Source: Tubulanus polymorphus
Lineage: Eukaryota; Animalia; Nemertea
Assembly (NCBI RefSeq): GCF_964204645.1
Contig: NC_134026.1
Span: 25,268,150-25,332,149 of the forward strand
Direction of reading: 5' to 3'
DNA: 64,000 nucleotides
Both the position numbers and the translations under genes were made by a program. The notes beneath the pieces were generated by a model. It was not told where the DNA came from and ran no database searches. It worked only from the letters and a program-made list of their open reading frames with translations. Below, one piece after another: positions 14,756 to 28,928 of this stretch; the stretch's first letter is position 1, and each line of letters starts with the position of its first letter.

Positions 14756-17700
14756 GGCCCAAATCCTCATGGTTGAAATAAAATGTTCTGAAAATCGTTT
14801 CAAAATGATGTTGATGATCCGGACTGGTTGAACGTTAATTGTACACTCAAATTTCAGCGATGTAACAGCATTCCCGGTTGTAATCCTGGTTCTTATTCTA
14901 TCATTGAATAGATCGATGCGGTGATTAAATTTCTGATAGGATTTTGTTCATTGCCCAATTCCCATGGCCATCGTTGATATTACTGAATATTAAGTGAACG
15001 TTTCTGATAGTACGATATATTGTACGACTATTCGAGTGGCGATATTCATTTAATTAGGAATATGTCCACACCAATGTTACCGATCGAATAAACGTATAGA
15101 TGATTTAACTACCTCATAATAATGATGATAATAATGATATTATTTACGATTTAAATCACAATAAGAAGTAGCATGGGTAAATACAGATACAAAATATTGT
15201 CATACAAGACACTGGACGACCTTAATGACGATGATAATGAAAGTATCAGTTACTCGAGATGTGGCATTGGTTTGATGTATTGTTTTCCCTTGAACATTCT
15301 GTATTGAGTGTTAAATGAAAACGAAAATGTATCAGGCTTTTTTGTTGAAATAATCTATTCCACACAGATGTCAACTATCCGCCACGAATGCACGTAGCCG
15401 TCGGAATCTTATCATTAGCATTTAATTACACTATGCTTATCAAAACTATAAGCTGTCCAAATCACAATTATCTATGAGCCCGTAATTTTGCTCGTATCAG
15501 CTTATTACCACCTATAGGTGATATGTTGTCATTTTAGCAGACATACCGCACAGTCTGTCTGAACTTGTGATTCCTGCGAGGCATACAGGAACGTCAACGT
15601 ATTTTTTTGCGCCAGATTAACCACTGAAGACTTCTCCGGAATACCCAGTTACCCTGGGGAATCAGACATATATATACACCAAGAATACGAAATCTTATCC
15701 GGAAATATACACAATTTTCGCTTTCGAGAAATGTAAGTTGTCACCGCAATTTTTTCTAATTTTTCACCGACTGTGCAGCCACGCATAATCCATAATTCAA
15801 GCGAATCCCTCAGCCAGAAAAATAAACGGAATATGGCCAACGCGTCTCGAACAGAACTATATTCTCCACTTGGATCAACGAAAGGTTCCTCACGTTGCGT
15901 CGATAAATGATTTCTTATCCAGTTTGATGTTCCCACCCATTTCAAACGGTACCTTTGCTCCATAAACAAGAGGAGCTCTATACAAGAATGATGGAAAAAC
16001 GTATTGAAACTTTGTATTATGAAGCTCATAACGGATAATCTAAACTTTGCCGAACTAAGCTCTCTAACTGCTGAAACTCGACTATAGGTAGTGCTACGAC
16101 CAAATCTTGGGTTCGAAACTCTTATATCGACAAAACACGGTCGATCGCGTTCGACTAAGATCATAATTAATTGGACAGATATCAGGTTATATCGCACTTC
16201 CGCAGGAGCCTTTCAAAGATTATTCAAATCTTGAATCTACGCTAATTCAATTGATAGGTTGCTCCGTACTAATCGAATATGTAAACGCCAGTGATTGTGA
16301 ATTGCGGCCATCTGACCAAATCAACCAGCCAGACTAATATTTAGATTGATTTTCCGCGACGAATTTATTCTTATTACACTGATTACGCCGTATAAGCGCC
16401 GTACTCTGGTGTATCATTATTTATAATAATCTGAGGATTAAATGACCATACCGGACTAGACCGGAAGCTAATGGACGTATTTTTATAGTTATTTTCCATT
16501 ACCGGCTTTGGGGGATAATGTTTTGTTAACCCCACAAATCCCAAGAAATGTGATGGCTGAGCGTTACTGCCTACGTGAAAAATGGTGGCTGATTTTTGGT
16601 ATGTCATAAAAAGCATGACAAATCTATAGCGTAACAATTCTTATTGTCCATTTAGTATTGTTATCTTTTTATCAGAACCAGCATTCTAGCTGAAACCATT
16701 TAAGTCTCTGTCACAAAAGACCTTAAGGATTTTGGTGGTAGTGTTTGTTTGAGATAACGCAGCATTAGCAGACGAGAACGATTTTTAATGGACATCGTGT
16801 GAATGATATATTTTTGGGAACGGCGCGCAGTTGTCCCTAGGAAGTATAATCTCCCACGTGGTTTATATAGTGAGAAAACATATCAGAATGGCTGGTGTTG
16901 CAAGGTGGTCTTTGTCAAAATGGAAGCAAAAACACCGATATCACCTTCTTGCTAAACCATACGCACGCATGAAGTGTTGTCGAAAAGTTTTCATTCTCAA
17001 ATTGTATTCGAAAAGAAACTGATCATTTCTCCAGTTACCTTATTTCTAAAAAACGGCAATAACGATTCAGAAAGCGAATACCCTCTTCACCACAGTGTTA
17101 ATAATTCATTTCGCGCAGAAGATTGCGTTACATTTCGCGACGAAGTGCCCATATGATATAAAATGAAATGACAATTGTGTAGCAACAGCAGCAGACACCA
17201 TTCCTCATACTCGACTAACAACCGAGACAACAAGTTTTATTTTTCACGAAAAGTGTTCGTATCGCCTGAAAAAAAGTTCTTTCTTGGTATTTTCATCATG
17301 TACGATAATCGTTATTGGATCCGTTCGTAGTTTCGTCATATGAATCCAAGAACGAATAAGCACTGGTCCTTAAACATGCCAATCCATGCGTAATTTGATT
17401 CAATATCGGTTGAGTACGGCAAGGTGAATTACTACATCTGAACAATTCTCACATCCAGATTTTTCTTCGTTTTGAATTGTGTTAACACTGAGATTGCTGT
17501 AATTACTTGTTGGTTGAATACTACGTGAAAGGCCGCATTAGAATTGAAGTTTTGATTAAAGCGTCGAATAATTGCGACACGGAAGATGTAGCAGTTGTTA
17601 CTTGAATCGTGATTGCGCATTCATTGAATGAAGGACTCGTAGTGAATAATTGCATTTGCCATACGTTCACTTCATTTTGCTCTTAATTGATTGAGGCATT

Positions 17701-20700
17701 TTGTTATTCACATCTTGACATTATTGTTTGCCAAGCAATATTCAATATTCCTCTGATCTGAAATTGTTTACGGTGCTTAAACGTATAACATAGTGCTTGA
17801 GCGATGAACACGGATTTTCTGTCTGATGAATTTATATCAATCTTCAATACAACTCATCTTCTCTGTTCTATCTTGTAGCGAGAATTGATCGAATCTGTTT
17901 TTGTATAGTAACAACAGGCATTTATACATCGACTTTATTTTTAACTGTGTATAATTCTTATATTGAAGTCACCATTCTAATCCAACAGCAGAGGCAGGTC
18001 CGATTTATGAAAGGTTTCTATACACAAATTTACAGTGTTGATTTATGAGTGAATTGCCTCATTCCGACTGCGAGAGTACATGACCAAATTTTTAAAAGTT
18101 ATAGCGGTTTCTTTACTAGCGAGACAGACAGTACCTGTGATGGATAGCGTACATAATTCGTGTCGATTTTGGTTCTTCGACGCGTGTTTTCAGTGTCCAC
18201 TAGCAACATAAAAGATCGCCTTACGCAGTTGCATGGCACGCAATTAAGGAGCAGTGTTTCATTCCAGACCGCTGTTTCTACCAAAGTAATTACGCGATTT
18301 TATACACAGTACGTATGAATTCACGTCTTACATGATAATTGAGTTGCCTTTCCAATGTAATTATTAGTTTTCGATCGCTGTTTCGCCGAGCAGTATGTAT
18401 CACAAATGATATGGAATCAAAGCGGATACCGTTTCATTACCTCATTTACTTATGTCTGAACGCAAGTAAACGTAAGTTATTCTTATATCTTTCTTTATAT
18501 TCCGCTTTCAGTAAGAAAAGGCTCAATTCGAAAACATCAAATCATTAGCCTTTGTTATACCCTACACCACCGAGCCGTATACTCACATAAAACTTTATGA
18601 TAATGAAATCAAAGCGCGAACGATTCTGGGTTCGAGACCTTTACCAATTCAAAGATATTCTCACGAAGCTACCAATAGTTTGCATTGGATTTTCGAGATC
18701 GGTTGCAAATATTTTTTTTTCTAGAAGTAAGATCGCCGTTTTGCTTGCGCGTTTATTATTCAATTTGACGCTAGAGAATGAAAATCTTCAAAGCTGACGT
18801 TGTAATTACTATCGTTGCCTCGGGAAAACTTTTGGATCTCAATGACGTTTCAATGAAATTAGGGTAAACCTGAATCGGATCTGTCAGCGAAGTACATTTT
18901 ATTTTATTTTTCATTTGTTATTATCATTATTAGGTTATTTATAGTAATAACAGGTTTTGCGCTATCTCGTATGAATATGAAAATATTAAAGACATAGACT
19001 AAAATCAGTTCATAATTTGGTGTTTCCTGTTGCAACAGGATATTGGGTTCCAGCGAAAAGTGACCTGGAAGAATACCTGTCCACATCCGCCTGATGTATA
19101 CGTCCGTAATTGAATGAATCCGTACAAAACGGAAAAGGAAATGCGACGGTGCAATATGACCAAACCAATTGTACCAAATGCGTGCTTGTCGCTTTTGCCG
19201 TAGAGAAATTAACGGGCAGCTGATGAGGAGATCACGAAAGAAAGTTATGCCGTATTCAACTGACAAGATGGCAAAAATTAACAAGATATTGCACCATATG
19301 GTGACCACGAATCATAATTCTACCTATATGCACGCCAAACCAGGCCAGATGTTGTATGTGTATAATGTATACGAAAAAGAGAATTTATTTCCGATGCGAT
19401 CATATGATATTTCTGATGCGTGCGATTACTTGAATTACGCGATTTAAATTTGCATTCTTCGTAGCATCGTATGTAAAACAACACGTGTTGGGCTCCACAA
19501 AATTAACTAATCGATATCTAAACGTACAATACTTGCGATTTTTGTAAATTGCTTCATTCGACGATAAATGTAACGTGGATAAACAAATGAAACTCATTTG
19601 AAAACAAATATATGAAATTGTGGCCATCATGGTAAATATGAAACTCGATGCAGTTATTATATGTCTCTGTGTTGACCACGTAAATAAGGTAAATAGGGCG
19701 TAGGCTTTCTGGTTTGCTATTTATTGTTTGCTGACTCTAATTTACTAAATCTTCACACACATACACACATACACCCGTGATATCAAAGGGCAACTATATA
19801 CACTGTCCTCATGTATAAACTAGCGCAATAAGATCTAATATTCATATTATACGTGTACATTCTCGAGCTTGCGGTGTATTGCAATAAAGTTACTTGATTA
19901 ATACTACCGGCAAGTATTCAACGACAGAAACTTGCCATTGTTCATAGTGGGTTTCCGTAAATACAACCATTAAATAGTTGCTGCGCGTAAAATGATGAAT
20001 TCGTTCTGTTTCTAAAATTACTGCTGAAAAGGTAGCCACAATTACATATATTTGCCGAGGGATTCGTTATAGAAAAAATTACCGTGTAAAGCTATAGTGA
20101 CGTAGGCACTTTGATTTGTGATAATTGCCAGGATTTAACAGGCATTATCAATTACGAACGTTATTCAACGTGTCATTAATGTTCCGAAAGCCCGGAGCTT
20201 TCATGGCGCGCAATGTTTGAAATTAATCGAATTACGCTTTCTTTGGCTTTCGGCTAATAGCGCAGATTTTGTCGTATCGGTTATTCACTCGAACGCACGT
20301 TTATTCTCATAATCCCTCATTATCTAGAAGTGCACAAGCCCCTGTTTCGATCCGGCAGGTGTGGTGGGTTTGTAAGGGGCAGCGAATCGCAACAAATCAA
20401 ACGAAATCTGTCCAATCAAATAAATAACAGGTTCAAACCCTATTTTAAGATCAAAGTAGTACACAACGTTCATTATATTCAGATTTTTATACGGATATAA
20501 CATTGTCTATGCACAGAAGTGTAGATAGAAATTGTTGCGAAATATGATAAATTGTTATGAAAAACAATGCTCTCTCAAAAGCTGCTTTTCTCTCCTAGCA
20601 TACAATATGAAATAACAATCTGGAAAGTTTAGCATTTGATGTGGCAGTCATTCTCCCTCAAAAGTATCGGGAAAAGGGATCTAGTCAGACAGAAGCGTTT

Positions 20701-21930
20701 TGCGAATGCCGGTATTTTTATTGTTAGGTATCATTTTTACATACGTGCAAGGCATGTGCAAATGGGGTTGGGGCTATATGAACCCATATGTCAATAGAAA
20801 TACGCGCGAATTTGTTGTTGCCGGGAACCTGGTAAGCTTTAAAAACATGAACTGGGTTTGGCTTACTGATTAAACCACACTGATGAATGATACGTGTGTG
20901 TCTATAAACGCAATCTAAAATGACTCGTTGGAATGCTACGTGACCAGAATGCTCGAGATTGCTTAAACAGTTAATTACTACACGAGCAGGGTCATTTTGT
21001 CTGATTGTTTGTACAGAATGCGCGACTTCGACGATGCTGATAGTGCAAATTCACACATGATCCCAGGAAGCACACTGTTGCGTCTCGTCCCGTTGAATCA
21101 TTAGTCGAGTAAATAATACCTGGTACATGAAATGCACGGAAAAGGGAACAGTTAGCTCAGGACCGTGTAGCCGTTTCGGGTGTTCGATGTTCACGAGATG
21201 AATTATTTCTAAGGCGCCGACGGAAACGTTGGGTCGTGGGAGTTTTCGCGTAAGAACTTTTTGACGAATAGATACAAAGAGGAGCAATTTCACAACTTCT
21301 AGCATAGTTGGGGTGAAAAATATGCGGCATATTCTGCGTTTATCTTCTTTTTCCAACAATTTGGCCTCACATTGAATAAGTTTGGAAGCATCTGCCTATT
21401 CTGATTGAATATTATGATTCCCGATGTCGTTTTTGCTTTTCGGCCAATTAGTGAAATACTTTCATTTGGTAAATACAGCATCGCATCACGAAGTTATAGT
21501 AGAAGCTGATTAAATTACTGATGAAGCTTAGAATTGCTAGCGCTTGAACTTACAGTTAATCGGCTGCGAAGTCTCGCTTTACATAAATAGAGTTTGTGAG
21601 GAATCAGCGTCGAGGGAGGTACCACAGTTCAGTCCAGTTCACTGCCGAACAAATGTTTATTCTCTGAAGTGACTTCAGTTTCATCACCACTTGCGTGACC
21701 AGACTATAATGGTGCTAGACATCTACGTTTCGGTGACGTCATTTCGCATATATCTATCGATGATGTTTCGTTTTCCAGATATCAACATATCGTAGATCTC
21801 GTAGGGATAAGTCATCATCCTTATTATTACAAATATTTGCTCTCCTAATAGCGTTATTTCTATACTTCCAGAAATGACAACGCTCTGAAGCGAACCAGCA
21901 AGAAAAAGCCGATGGTCGCAAGTGAAGAAT

Positions 21931-23910
21931 ATGGACTACCCGGATGATAAACAGACTTCCACCGACAACTCGTTGAGCGCTGCAGACGACCCTCGAAACA
22001 AAAATTCGAAGCAACACGAAAATCAGTTTAATGACACACCATTAGCTGACAACGATTACGCTTACTTCACCGAAGAGAAGTCGCATTTTACTGATGATAA
22101 CGTCTACTATACAGTGACGTTGTCAGCCCCGCAAGCCTTACGAGGTATCGATCTCGACAATCTCAGTTTGGCGTTCAATTTCACTGCCAACCTCACCGAT
22201 GTGTTGAATGAAAACCAAACGAACGATGAGGTACAGCCGCGGCCGTATGTCGCCTGGGAAATGGCGCTCATATCGGTCGCCACTGTCCCGGTGATGTTTT
22301 TGATAATTTTTGGTAACGCCCTTGTATGCGTTGCCATCGCTAAAGATAGACAGTTAAAAGCGGTTCAAAATTGGTTCATAGCGTCATTAGCCGCTGCTGA
22401 TTTGCTTGTTGGGCTTCTGATTATGCCATTTACGTTAGCTAATGAGTTAATGGGTTACTGGGTTTTTGGAAATATACTCTGCGATTTGTGGCTTGCATCG
22501 GATGTTCTTCTATGTACGGCCTCTATACTTAATTTGTGCATGATTAGTCTTGACCGATATTGGTCCATTACGCAAGCGATTAAATATGTTCGCAAACGGA
22601 CGCCAAAAAGAGCTGCGATTATGATTGCCACTGTATGGCTTTTGTCTGCGATAATTTGCCTACCACCTTTGATAGGATGGAAGCAACAACGCGAAAACAA
22701 GCTTTATCCGAAATGTTTTATAAGTGAGGATGTCGGATATGTTATTTATTCGACAATGGGTTCTTTTTACATACCGCTTATGTTAATGGTCGTTGTGTAT
22801 TTTCGTATATATTTGGCTGCAAGGGAGAGGGCGCTGCGGTATATTAAGAAAAAAGAGCAGCGCCATGCAGCGGCTGAAGCGGACAAACTGAACAAAGATC
22901 GCTCGACCACAACGACGAGTTTCAGTGCGTCCACCCCAAATCGAACTAACACCGACAGACGATCTCCCAACTTAAGCGTGATTCACCAGGAACGGGAGAC
23001 AACGAGCTCTGAAAAGCCGGAGAATTTTTCAGATTCGGAGTCGTCTGACTTCCCCGCGCACGATAAACACCATCATCATCAATCAGGTCATCACAAGCAT
23101 AACAAAAATAAATCGTATGAAAATAACAATAAAGCGTCCTCGGAAAAGAAAAAGTTGCTGTCTGATAGCGAAGGAACATCTGCTGCTCTTGCGCCGAAAA
23201 AACATAACATACTTAGTACATCAGACGACACCGATTCCGACGTCGTGCTTCCGGTCAAGGAAAATGGATATAGGAAAATAAACATTAACGTGGACGGAAA
23301 TGTCACTTCCGGTGATGAGAACCAAAAACCGCTGCTAGGTGATTCTGATCAAGGTGCACCGCCACCGCCCACACATCTTCCGATGATTAGAAATATCGTC
23401 GACGGCGCCGGTGTTCAGACTGAAGATGCTGAGATGACGTGTACAACAGACGATGAAGTGAAAAACCACATAGCACGGGATGTACAAAACGAACACGGAG
23501 ACGAAAATGCTGCGAAAATTGCGGACGTTTCTAAACTGAAACATATAACGACTATTTTGTCTCCGTCTCGCCTTCAATCACCAGACAGCAGTTTCAAACC
23601 ACACTCTTCGTATAAAAAACAGCGATCGGAGGCTGAGAAACAGAAAAGAAAAATTGCTCGCGCGAAAGAACGCCGGGCGACTATTGTACTCGGGATTATT
23701 ATGGCTGCTTTTATAATTTGCTGGTTTCCATTTTTTACTATATACGCAGTATCGACGTCCTTCAGATTGGATGTCAACCGGCTTTGCTTTAACTTTTTCT
23801 TCTGGTTGGGTTATTGTAATTCGGCGCTGAATCCTGTGATTTATACGGTGTTTAATCGCGATTTTCGAACCGCATTCCATAGACTTCTAACGGGTAGACG
23901 AAATCATTAG
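21931..23910 (+). CDS. Class A biogenic-amine GPCR, alpha2-adrenergic-like (invertebrate alpha2-adrenoceptor / Oct-alpha2R type), single coding exon, 659 aa from first ATG
   Basis: Seven TM helices with GN, LAAAD, D3.32 (SDVLLCTAS), DRY, KRTPKR in ICL2, TM5 YSTMGSFYIP, CWFPFF and NPVIY. Very long ICL3 and short C-tail. The ORF track starts at a GTG (21922); the first ATG is 21931. Confidence 0.93.
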   Translation: MDYPDDKQTSTDNSLSAADDPRNKNSKQHENQFNDTPLADNDYAYFTEEKSHFTDDNVYYTVTLSAPQALRGIDLDNLSLAFNFTANLTDVLNENQTNDEVQPRPYVAWEMALISVATVPVMFLIIFGNALVCVAIAKDRQLKAVQNWFIASLAAADLLVGLLIMPFTLANELMGYWVFGNILCDLWLASDVLLCTASILNLCMISLDRYWSITQAIKYVRKRTPKRAAIMIATVWLLSAIICLPPLIGWKQQRENKLYPKCFISEDVGYVIYSTMGSFYIPLMLMVVVYFRIYLAARERALRYIKKKEQRHAAAEADKLNKDRSTTTTSFSASTPNRTNTDRRSPNLSVIHQERETTSSEKPENFSDSESSDFPAHDKHHHHQSGHHKHNKNKSYENNNKASSEKKKLLSDSEGTSAALAPKKHNILSTSDDTDSDVVLPVKENGYRKININVDGNVTSGDENQKPLLGDSDQGAPPPPTHLPMIRNIVDGAGVQTEDAEMTCTTDDEVKNHIARDVQNEHGDENAAKIADVSKLKHITTILSPSRLQSPDSSFKPHSSYKKQRSEAEKQKRKIARAKERRATIVLGIIMAAFIICWFPFFTIYAVSTSFRLDVNRLCFNFFFWLGYCNSALNPVIYTVFNRDFRTAFHRLLTGRRNH

Positions 23911-25541
23911 CTTTTTCGCCGCTAAATGAAAGACGACTGGAGCACGGGAACGTCGCTGATCAAACTCTGAATCTGTCGAAAGAACTATTTATATAGCTAA
24001 CAGCATAAAGACTCAGTTTACGAGTATATACACCTGGAATCAGTTCTATCTACGAAAAGAACTCGGATGTGATATCATAATAGCATTCTACTAATCTTAA
24101 CCAGTTCGTTATTAGTGCGTTTTTCATTTATATCTAAGACACAATGTACGAGCGAGATAAAGGCAGTATGCGTAATGATTTAGCAAATAGTTCACAGTTA
24201 AACACTTGTAAAATGTAAATACTAATAATTTCACGAGCTTATTCGTTCAGTCGGTCAGTCTGAGTAACTTGAAAAAAAACCAGTAAACTTTCATGAGTTG
24301 ATATGTGAAGTCGAATCCTTCAAAGGCTGTTATTGGAGAAATATCGATAAGACGGTAGACGTTACAATAATATAATAAAATAAGTGATGATTGAAAGTTA
24401 CTGTCACTTGTTTCTATAAAACGAGAAATATCTAGAACTGTAATATTTGATGTGGCGGAAACCTTTTCCTAGTGTGCAGAATTTTATATGAAGTGAATAA
24501 ATAACTCGGTTTTCGTTTTTTTAAGTACCAAAGGTTTGGCTGCGTGCTGTTAAAGTTTTCGTAGCAGCACGAGAGATTGTTTTTTTTTGAAAGGTTTCAT
24601 GTCTGGGCGAACGACTGTGGGCGTACGTCCGTCTCGTTTTGGTTTTGTGTTGCGACGTATAACTCCAATGATTTACAGCCTACTAGAAAGAAATCACATT
24701 AGGTTTGCTTCTTTGTTCACAAGTTACAGAAATGTTGGCAAAGGTTAAGATGAGTTTAAGATAACTGTATATCAAAATCTTCGCTTTGGCTTTCAATTTG
24801 TCAGGAGTTGTGTTAATCCAGGTTTCACAGCTGTGAGTTAATTCTGCCTTCGCATCGGTCATATCATTATTTATTCATTTTCACATTTTGACCGATCACC
24901 CCTATCAGCTGATTTGCAGGTTTTTTTAATAGTACATTTATATACGCATATTCGGATACATATAATGATCTACCGCTTTTGAACTAAGCACTAAGTTGAC
25001 TTCCCTAGAAGGCCCACCAGGTTACCGGAGTCATCAGATATTTATCATTGGTATTCACACCAAATCAACAAGATCACAGACAAGCTCTGCGCGTTATCCT
25101 AGATTCTATCGGCCAACGGTGATAAACGCCGACGGCTATGACTGAATATATCTGTAATCCATCTAATACGACAATAACGCACGACAATAAATTATATGTC
25201 ATTTGGAGGATGAATTTTTACACGTATACATGGAATGTCGGTGTTAGATAAATTGCGAGATTAATGCCAACACTAATGGCCATACCTGTCGCGAGAAATG
25301 CGCATCTTTTTCTCCTTAAAAGACTGATGATTCGATATATATGTATATAATAATAAAGAAAAGATCAATTCAACTATACACTGCCCATAATTTATTATAC
25401 ATAGCCATTTCCTAAACGAACTATCAATTTATCACACCGAATCCCAAATGCGAACAAACAATACAAAATCACTTTTTTATTAGCGACTACAGTAGATAGC
25501 GCCAGACACAGTTGTGCCGACAGAACAAAAAGTCATATTTT

Positions 25542-27452
25542 TCATACTTCGCTATCGTAAGGCCTTGACCCAAAAGCTGGTAAGATTAAGCTCCTCTTCT
25601 GGCCATCTGGCATCGGTGCGAGAATTTCTAAGCTTGTATTCAGGTTCGTTCGTGCCATCATTTCCTAAAATGTATATAAGAATTTAGTTTTTAAACGAAT
25701 GTAAGACAAGTGAAAAGGAAATTCTGACTTCTTACGTCGCCAGAGGAGATGGGAGAGCCCCCTATTCCGTCCATGGAGGGTAGGTAGTTCTCTGCGTCGT
25801 CCGGAAGTGGTTTTCTCAAATCACCAATCCTTAAATTATTTCCAATCATGAATGCTTTATTGCCAGCAAGAGGATCCACCAGATAGTACTGAGGTTCTAC
25901 ATCATTACGTTGCTCCTTGTTTATCTGAAGATAAAAATTTGCCAGAATTTAAATTTAAAAAAGAAACTCGTTTTTATCTATCGACAATCTATGTGGTACT
26001 TTTAAATGATCAATTTTCCATGCGTACGTACCTTAACTGCATTTGTGATATTATGAGATAAATTCTTGTAATAATCATCCAGCCATTTCTTTTCGCGTTT
26101 TCTTTTGGATTTTTTTGCCTCTATCGAAACTATGATTCGATAAATGCCATACAGAGACAGCAGCTGAAATGAAAATAACATTTCAAAAATAAGGAAAGTA
26201 CACATCCTCTATTTTCATTTTTGTTGACTATATGAAGAACTAAGGTCAACAATGATAATGCGAGTATGAGCTTTGCATGCTGAAAATTAAACTACGTATA
26301 CCTCAAACATCCAGAGAAAAATACTGATAATGCTTAGCGGATAAAGGATATCATCAAAGAGGAATTTCTGGAGGTTGACAATGTCGAGACAAGTCTGTAA
26401 TTTAACAATAAAAACATATATAAATAGAACACGAACATAAAGATTACATTGATAGATTGATATAGCAGCAAAAATAATCTAATTGATCGAAAGGATACGT
26501 TTATGATTCTAATACCTTATGTTCTCCATATCTAAGATGGTTAGCAAATGAATTACACAGATTTTCGAGCAGCTCGTCGACCTACAACAAATGATTTTGA
26601 TCATAAGTCCCACAATGATTTAACGCCGTATTAATTGTGTATACGAGAAAGAGCCACTAACAACACTTGGCGTACCTTAACGAGGTGACAAATCCCGGTT
26701 ATAGCAAAACTCACATGAATCAGTGACACAACGAATAAACATGCAATCGACTGAAAATAAAATAGATTCGATTATTTCTTGTCGTGGAAAATGGATTAGA
26801 ACTATCACACCTATGAATGATTAGAAAATACTCACCGTCCATAGAAGCCAAATAATCTGTAAGAAGAGCGCTACAGACGCAATGAGACACGAACAGATCA
26901 TAAACGCACCTAATACTATTACTGAAACTATGAAAAAATGTATGATGTAAAAATTATGATAATAAGGCAGCGAAGTTTTGAGTGGTGTATGAGCACTATT
27001 TACTTGCGATGTTGAAAACCAGTGAAACTGCGGTGGAAAATCTATCGTTATTCTGCTGAAATTCGACGTCGGTATCATTTCCTGGTGTCTCAAAATTATG
27101 AATAGCATGGATTGAATGTAGTTTGGTTGACGAGCGATTCAAGTATTCTCCGACGGTTATCACACTACAGCCATACAACTACCAGAAAATGAACTACATT
27201 ATTAGATAAGGCCAGCCGATTTATCAAAAGAAAATTTAATTTTTACATACATGTACTTACCAAAACTTCAAAAGCACACAATAATGTAGAAATCCTGAAA
27301 CAGGTAACATCATGCCTGGAAGCCATGATCAAATGATTCATTAGAGAGTACAACCGTGGACATGTTCCCTTAGTAAAGGCATGGGCACTTAAACCGGTCA
27401 CACAGATGTCCTTCAAATGTTTAATGTTATTTATTCGTCGCCACAGAACCAT
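25542..27452 (-). CDS. 8-exon gene for an uncharacterised four-transmembrane protein (~356 aa) ending in DSEV; possibly LAPTM/DUF4728-like
   Basis: Exons 27452-27261, 27178-27004, 26927-26836, 26750-26676, 26394-26302, 26163-26032, 25924-25736 and 25664-25542. All introns are GT-AG, phases are consistent and there are no internal stops. Four hydrophobic segments, with NRS/NDT sequons in loop 1. The start codon is uncertain. Confidence 0.8.
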
Positions 27453-27690
27453 TAAGTACCGCGTTGCGCTTCGATAATCACCACGTAATAATAATATTTA
27501 TTTCGCCATGTACATATGCAATATAAATAAAAACACAGCAGACCCACGGTCGTTACTATTAGAAATTTGCTTTTAGCGATAGAGGCCGATGACCTATAAT
27601 AATTTCGAAACGTCTGGCGTAAGATATTAGACTAAATTAAACCCCATCTGGGCTATAAGAATCGTGGTTCCATTCCAATTGGATACTGCA

Positions 27691-28204
27691 AGCAGTTGCA
27701 AAAACCCTGTTTCTCGAACTCGACCGATCCGATATTTCGTCGTTTCAAATTTTTAGTAACTTTTTCAAAAATATGTAGCCTCTCTATTCTCGTAATTGTT
27801 TTTCTTTTTAATCAAATCGTGATGTTGGCATTGAGATCAACATCATTATGAACATTTTATAACTTCGGATTTAACAATTTGATTCTGGAAATGATGCCGC
27901 CAACTTTGCCAATCGGACATTGATGGCGACCTTGGATTGTAAAATTCCAGGAATTCCGTGAAATATGTTCAAAATATAGTTTTTTTATAGGTAATTGTAT
28001 ACAAACACATCAATTTCCTTTTCCAATTTCCCTTTCATTGCGTTCTACCTGTTAATCATATTCCTGACTGAAAACTTGGTCCCTTAAAAAATATTTACGG
28101 CGACCTACCCCATTTTCAAAAGTACCCAAAATTTTTTTGCTACTACCTACCCATTTTGGTGTGCCCCGCCCGAGAAACAGGATTTATTTTTTAGCTGTGG
28201 CCTT
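27691..28204. mobile_element. Degenerate MITE
   Basis: Imperfect TIR: aaaaaccctgtttctcg at the left, cgagaaacaggatttatttt...gtggcctt at the right. Confidence 0.45.
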
Positions 28205-28490
28205 GTGGTGTGTTTGAACAGTTTCTGGCGTAAGTCGGACACGTTGGGACAACGCGGGAAACTGTGATTTAGTCGGATTTTGGGGGTTTCCTAAGAAAAA
28301 TCCGAATTAGCAACAGAATAAGGCCCTAAACCCTAACAACTGAGACACGGGGTCTACTACTATTGCTTATGCGTCAGTCGAAGGAAAAATCCGTCTACCG
28401 GTACATTATAGACACTGCGCACCAGTGAAGATCGTTTTTAAAAGAACTGAAAAGCCGAGACTGACTTGGAGATTGAAAAATGCATTGCTT

Positions 28491-28708
28491 TGAAACTTTC
28501 GGAACATTATGTAGAAAATCGGGACCTTTGAATTTCGGCTAGTTTGTCGATTTTCCGACTAAAGCTGTCCAACTTAACCCCGACCCCCGATATACCGGCC
28601 ACATCGGTGCAGTACGATTTTGGCGGTATAGAGTAAGTAGAGTATCGGGGGTGTTTTGCTATGTATTTGTATCGAGAAAACCTGGCGGTAGACGGGTGGC
28701 GGTATATC
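28491..28708 (+). repeat. Composite repeat (TE end plus truncated Tc1/pogo-like MITE), direct copy of 40937-41146
   Basis: tgaaactttcggaaca...aaatcgggacc..gaatttcggctagtttgt.gattttccgactaaagctg is shared with 40937-41040. The 3' part is the reverse complement of the MITE at 33104-33279. Confidence 0.75.
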
Positions 28709-28928
28709 AGGGCCGGTTCACGTAGTTGAAAAGTATTCATCCAAAATTCGCCTCTTATTTTGCAGGTCTGCGTGTCTTGACAATTTAAAAATTAAACTTA
28801 TCTAAATTTATGAAAAATCCAAATATCGAAGACAAAATATTTGAATATCGAGATACGTCCCTTTTAGGTGCTAGGGTTCCTGCAAAGTATTCAAAACATA
28901 GTTTCCTTAAAACATTCACGAGGAGGTA

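Noticed and set aside
15649-16197. 182-aa minus-strand ORF
   Set aside because: Non-ATG start, no recognisable motif or splice context; likely chance.
19220-19245. Other CTGATGA...GAAA hammerhead-like strings (also ~2247, ~27585)
   Set aside because: Stem II or core residues missing.
28324-28340. ccctaaaccctaac telomere-like sequence (also near 38850-38878)
   Set aside because: Only two or three imperfect units.
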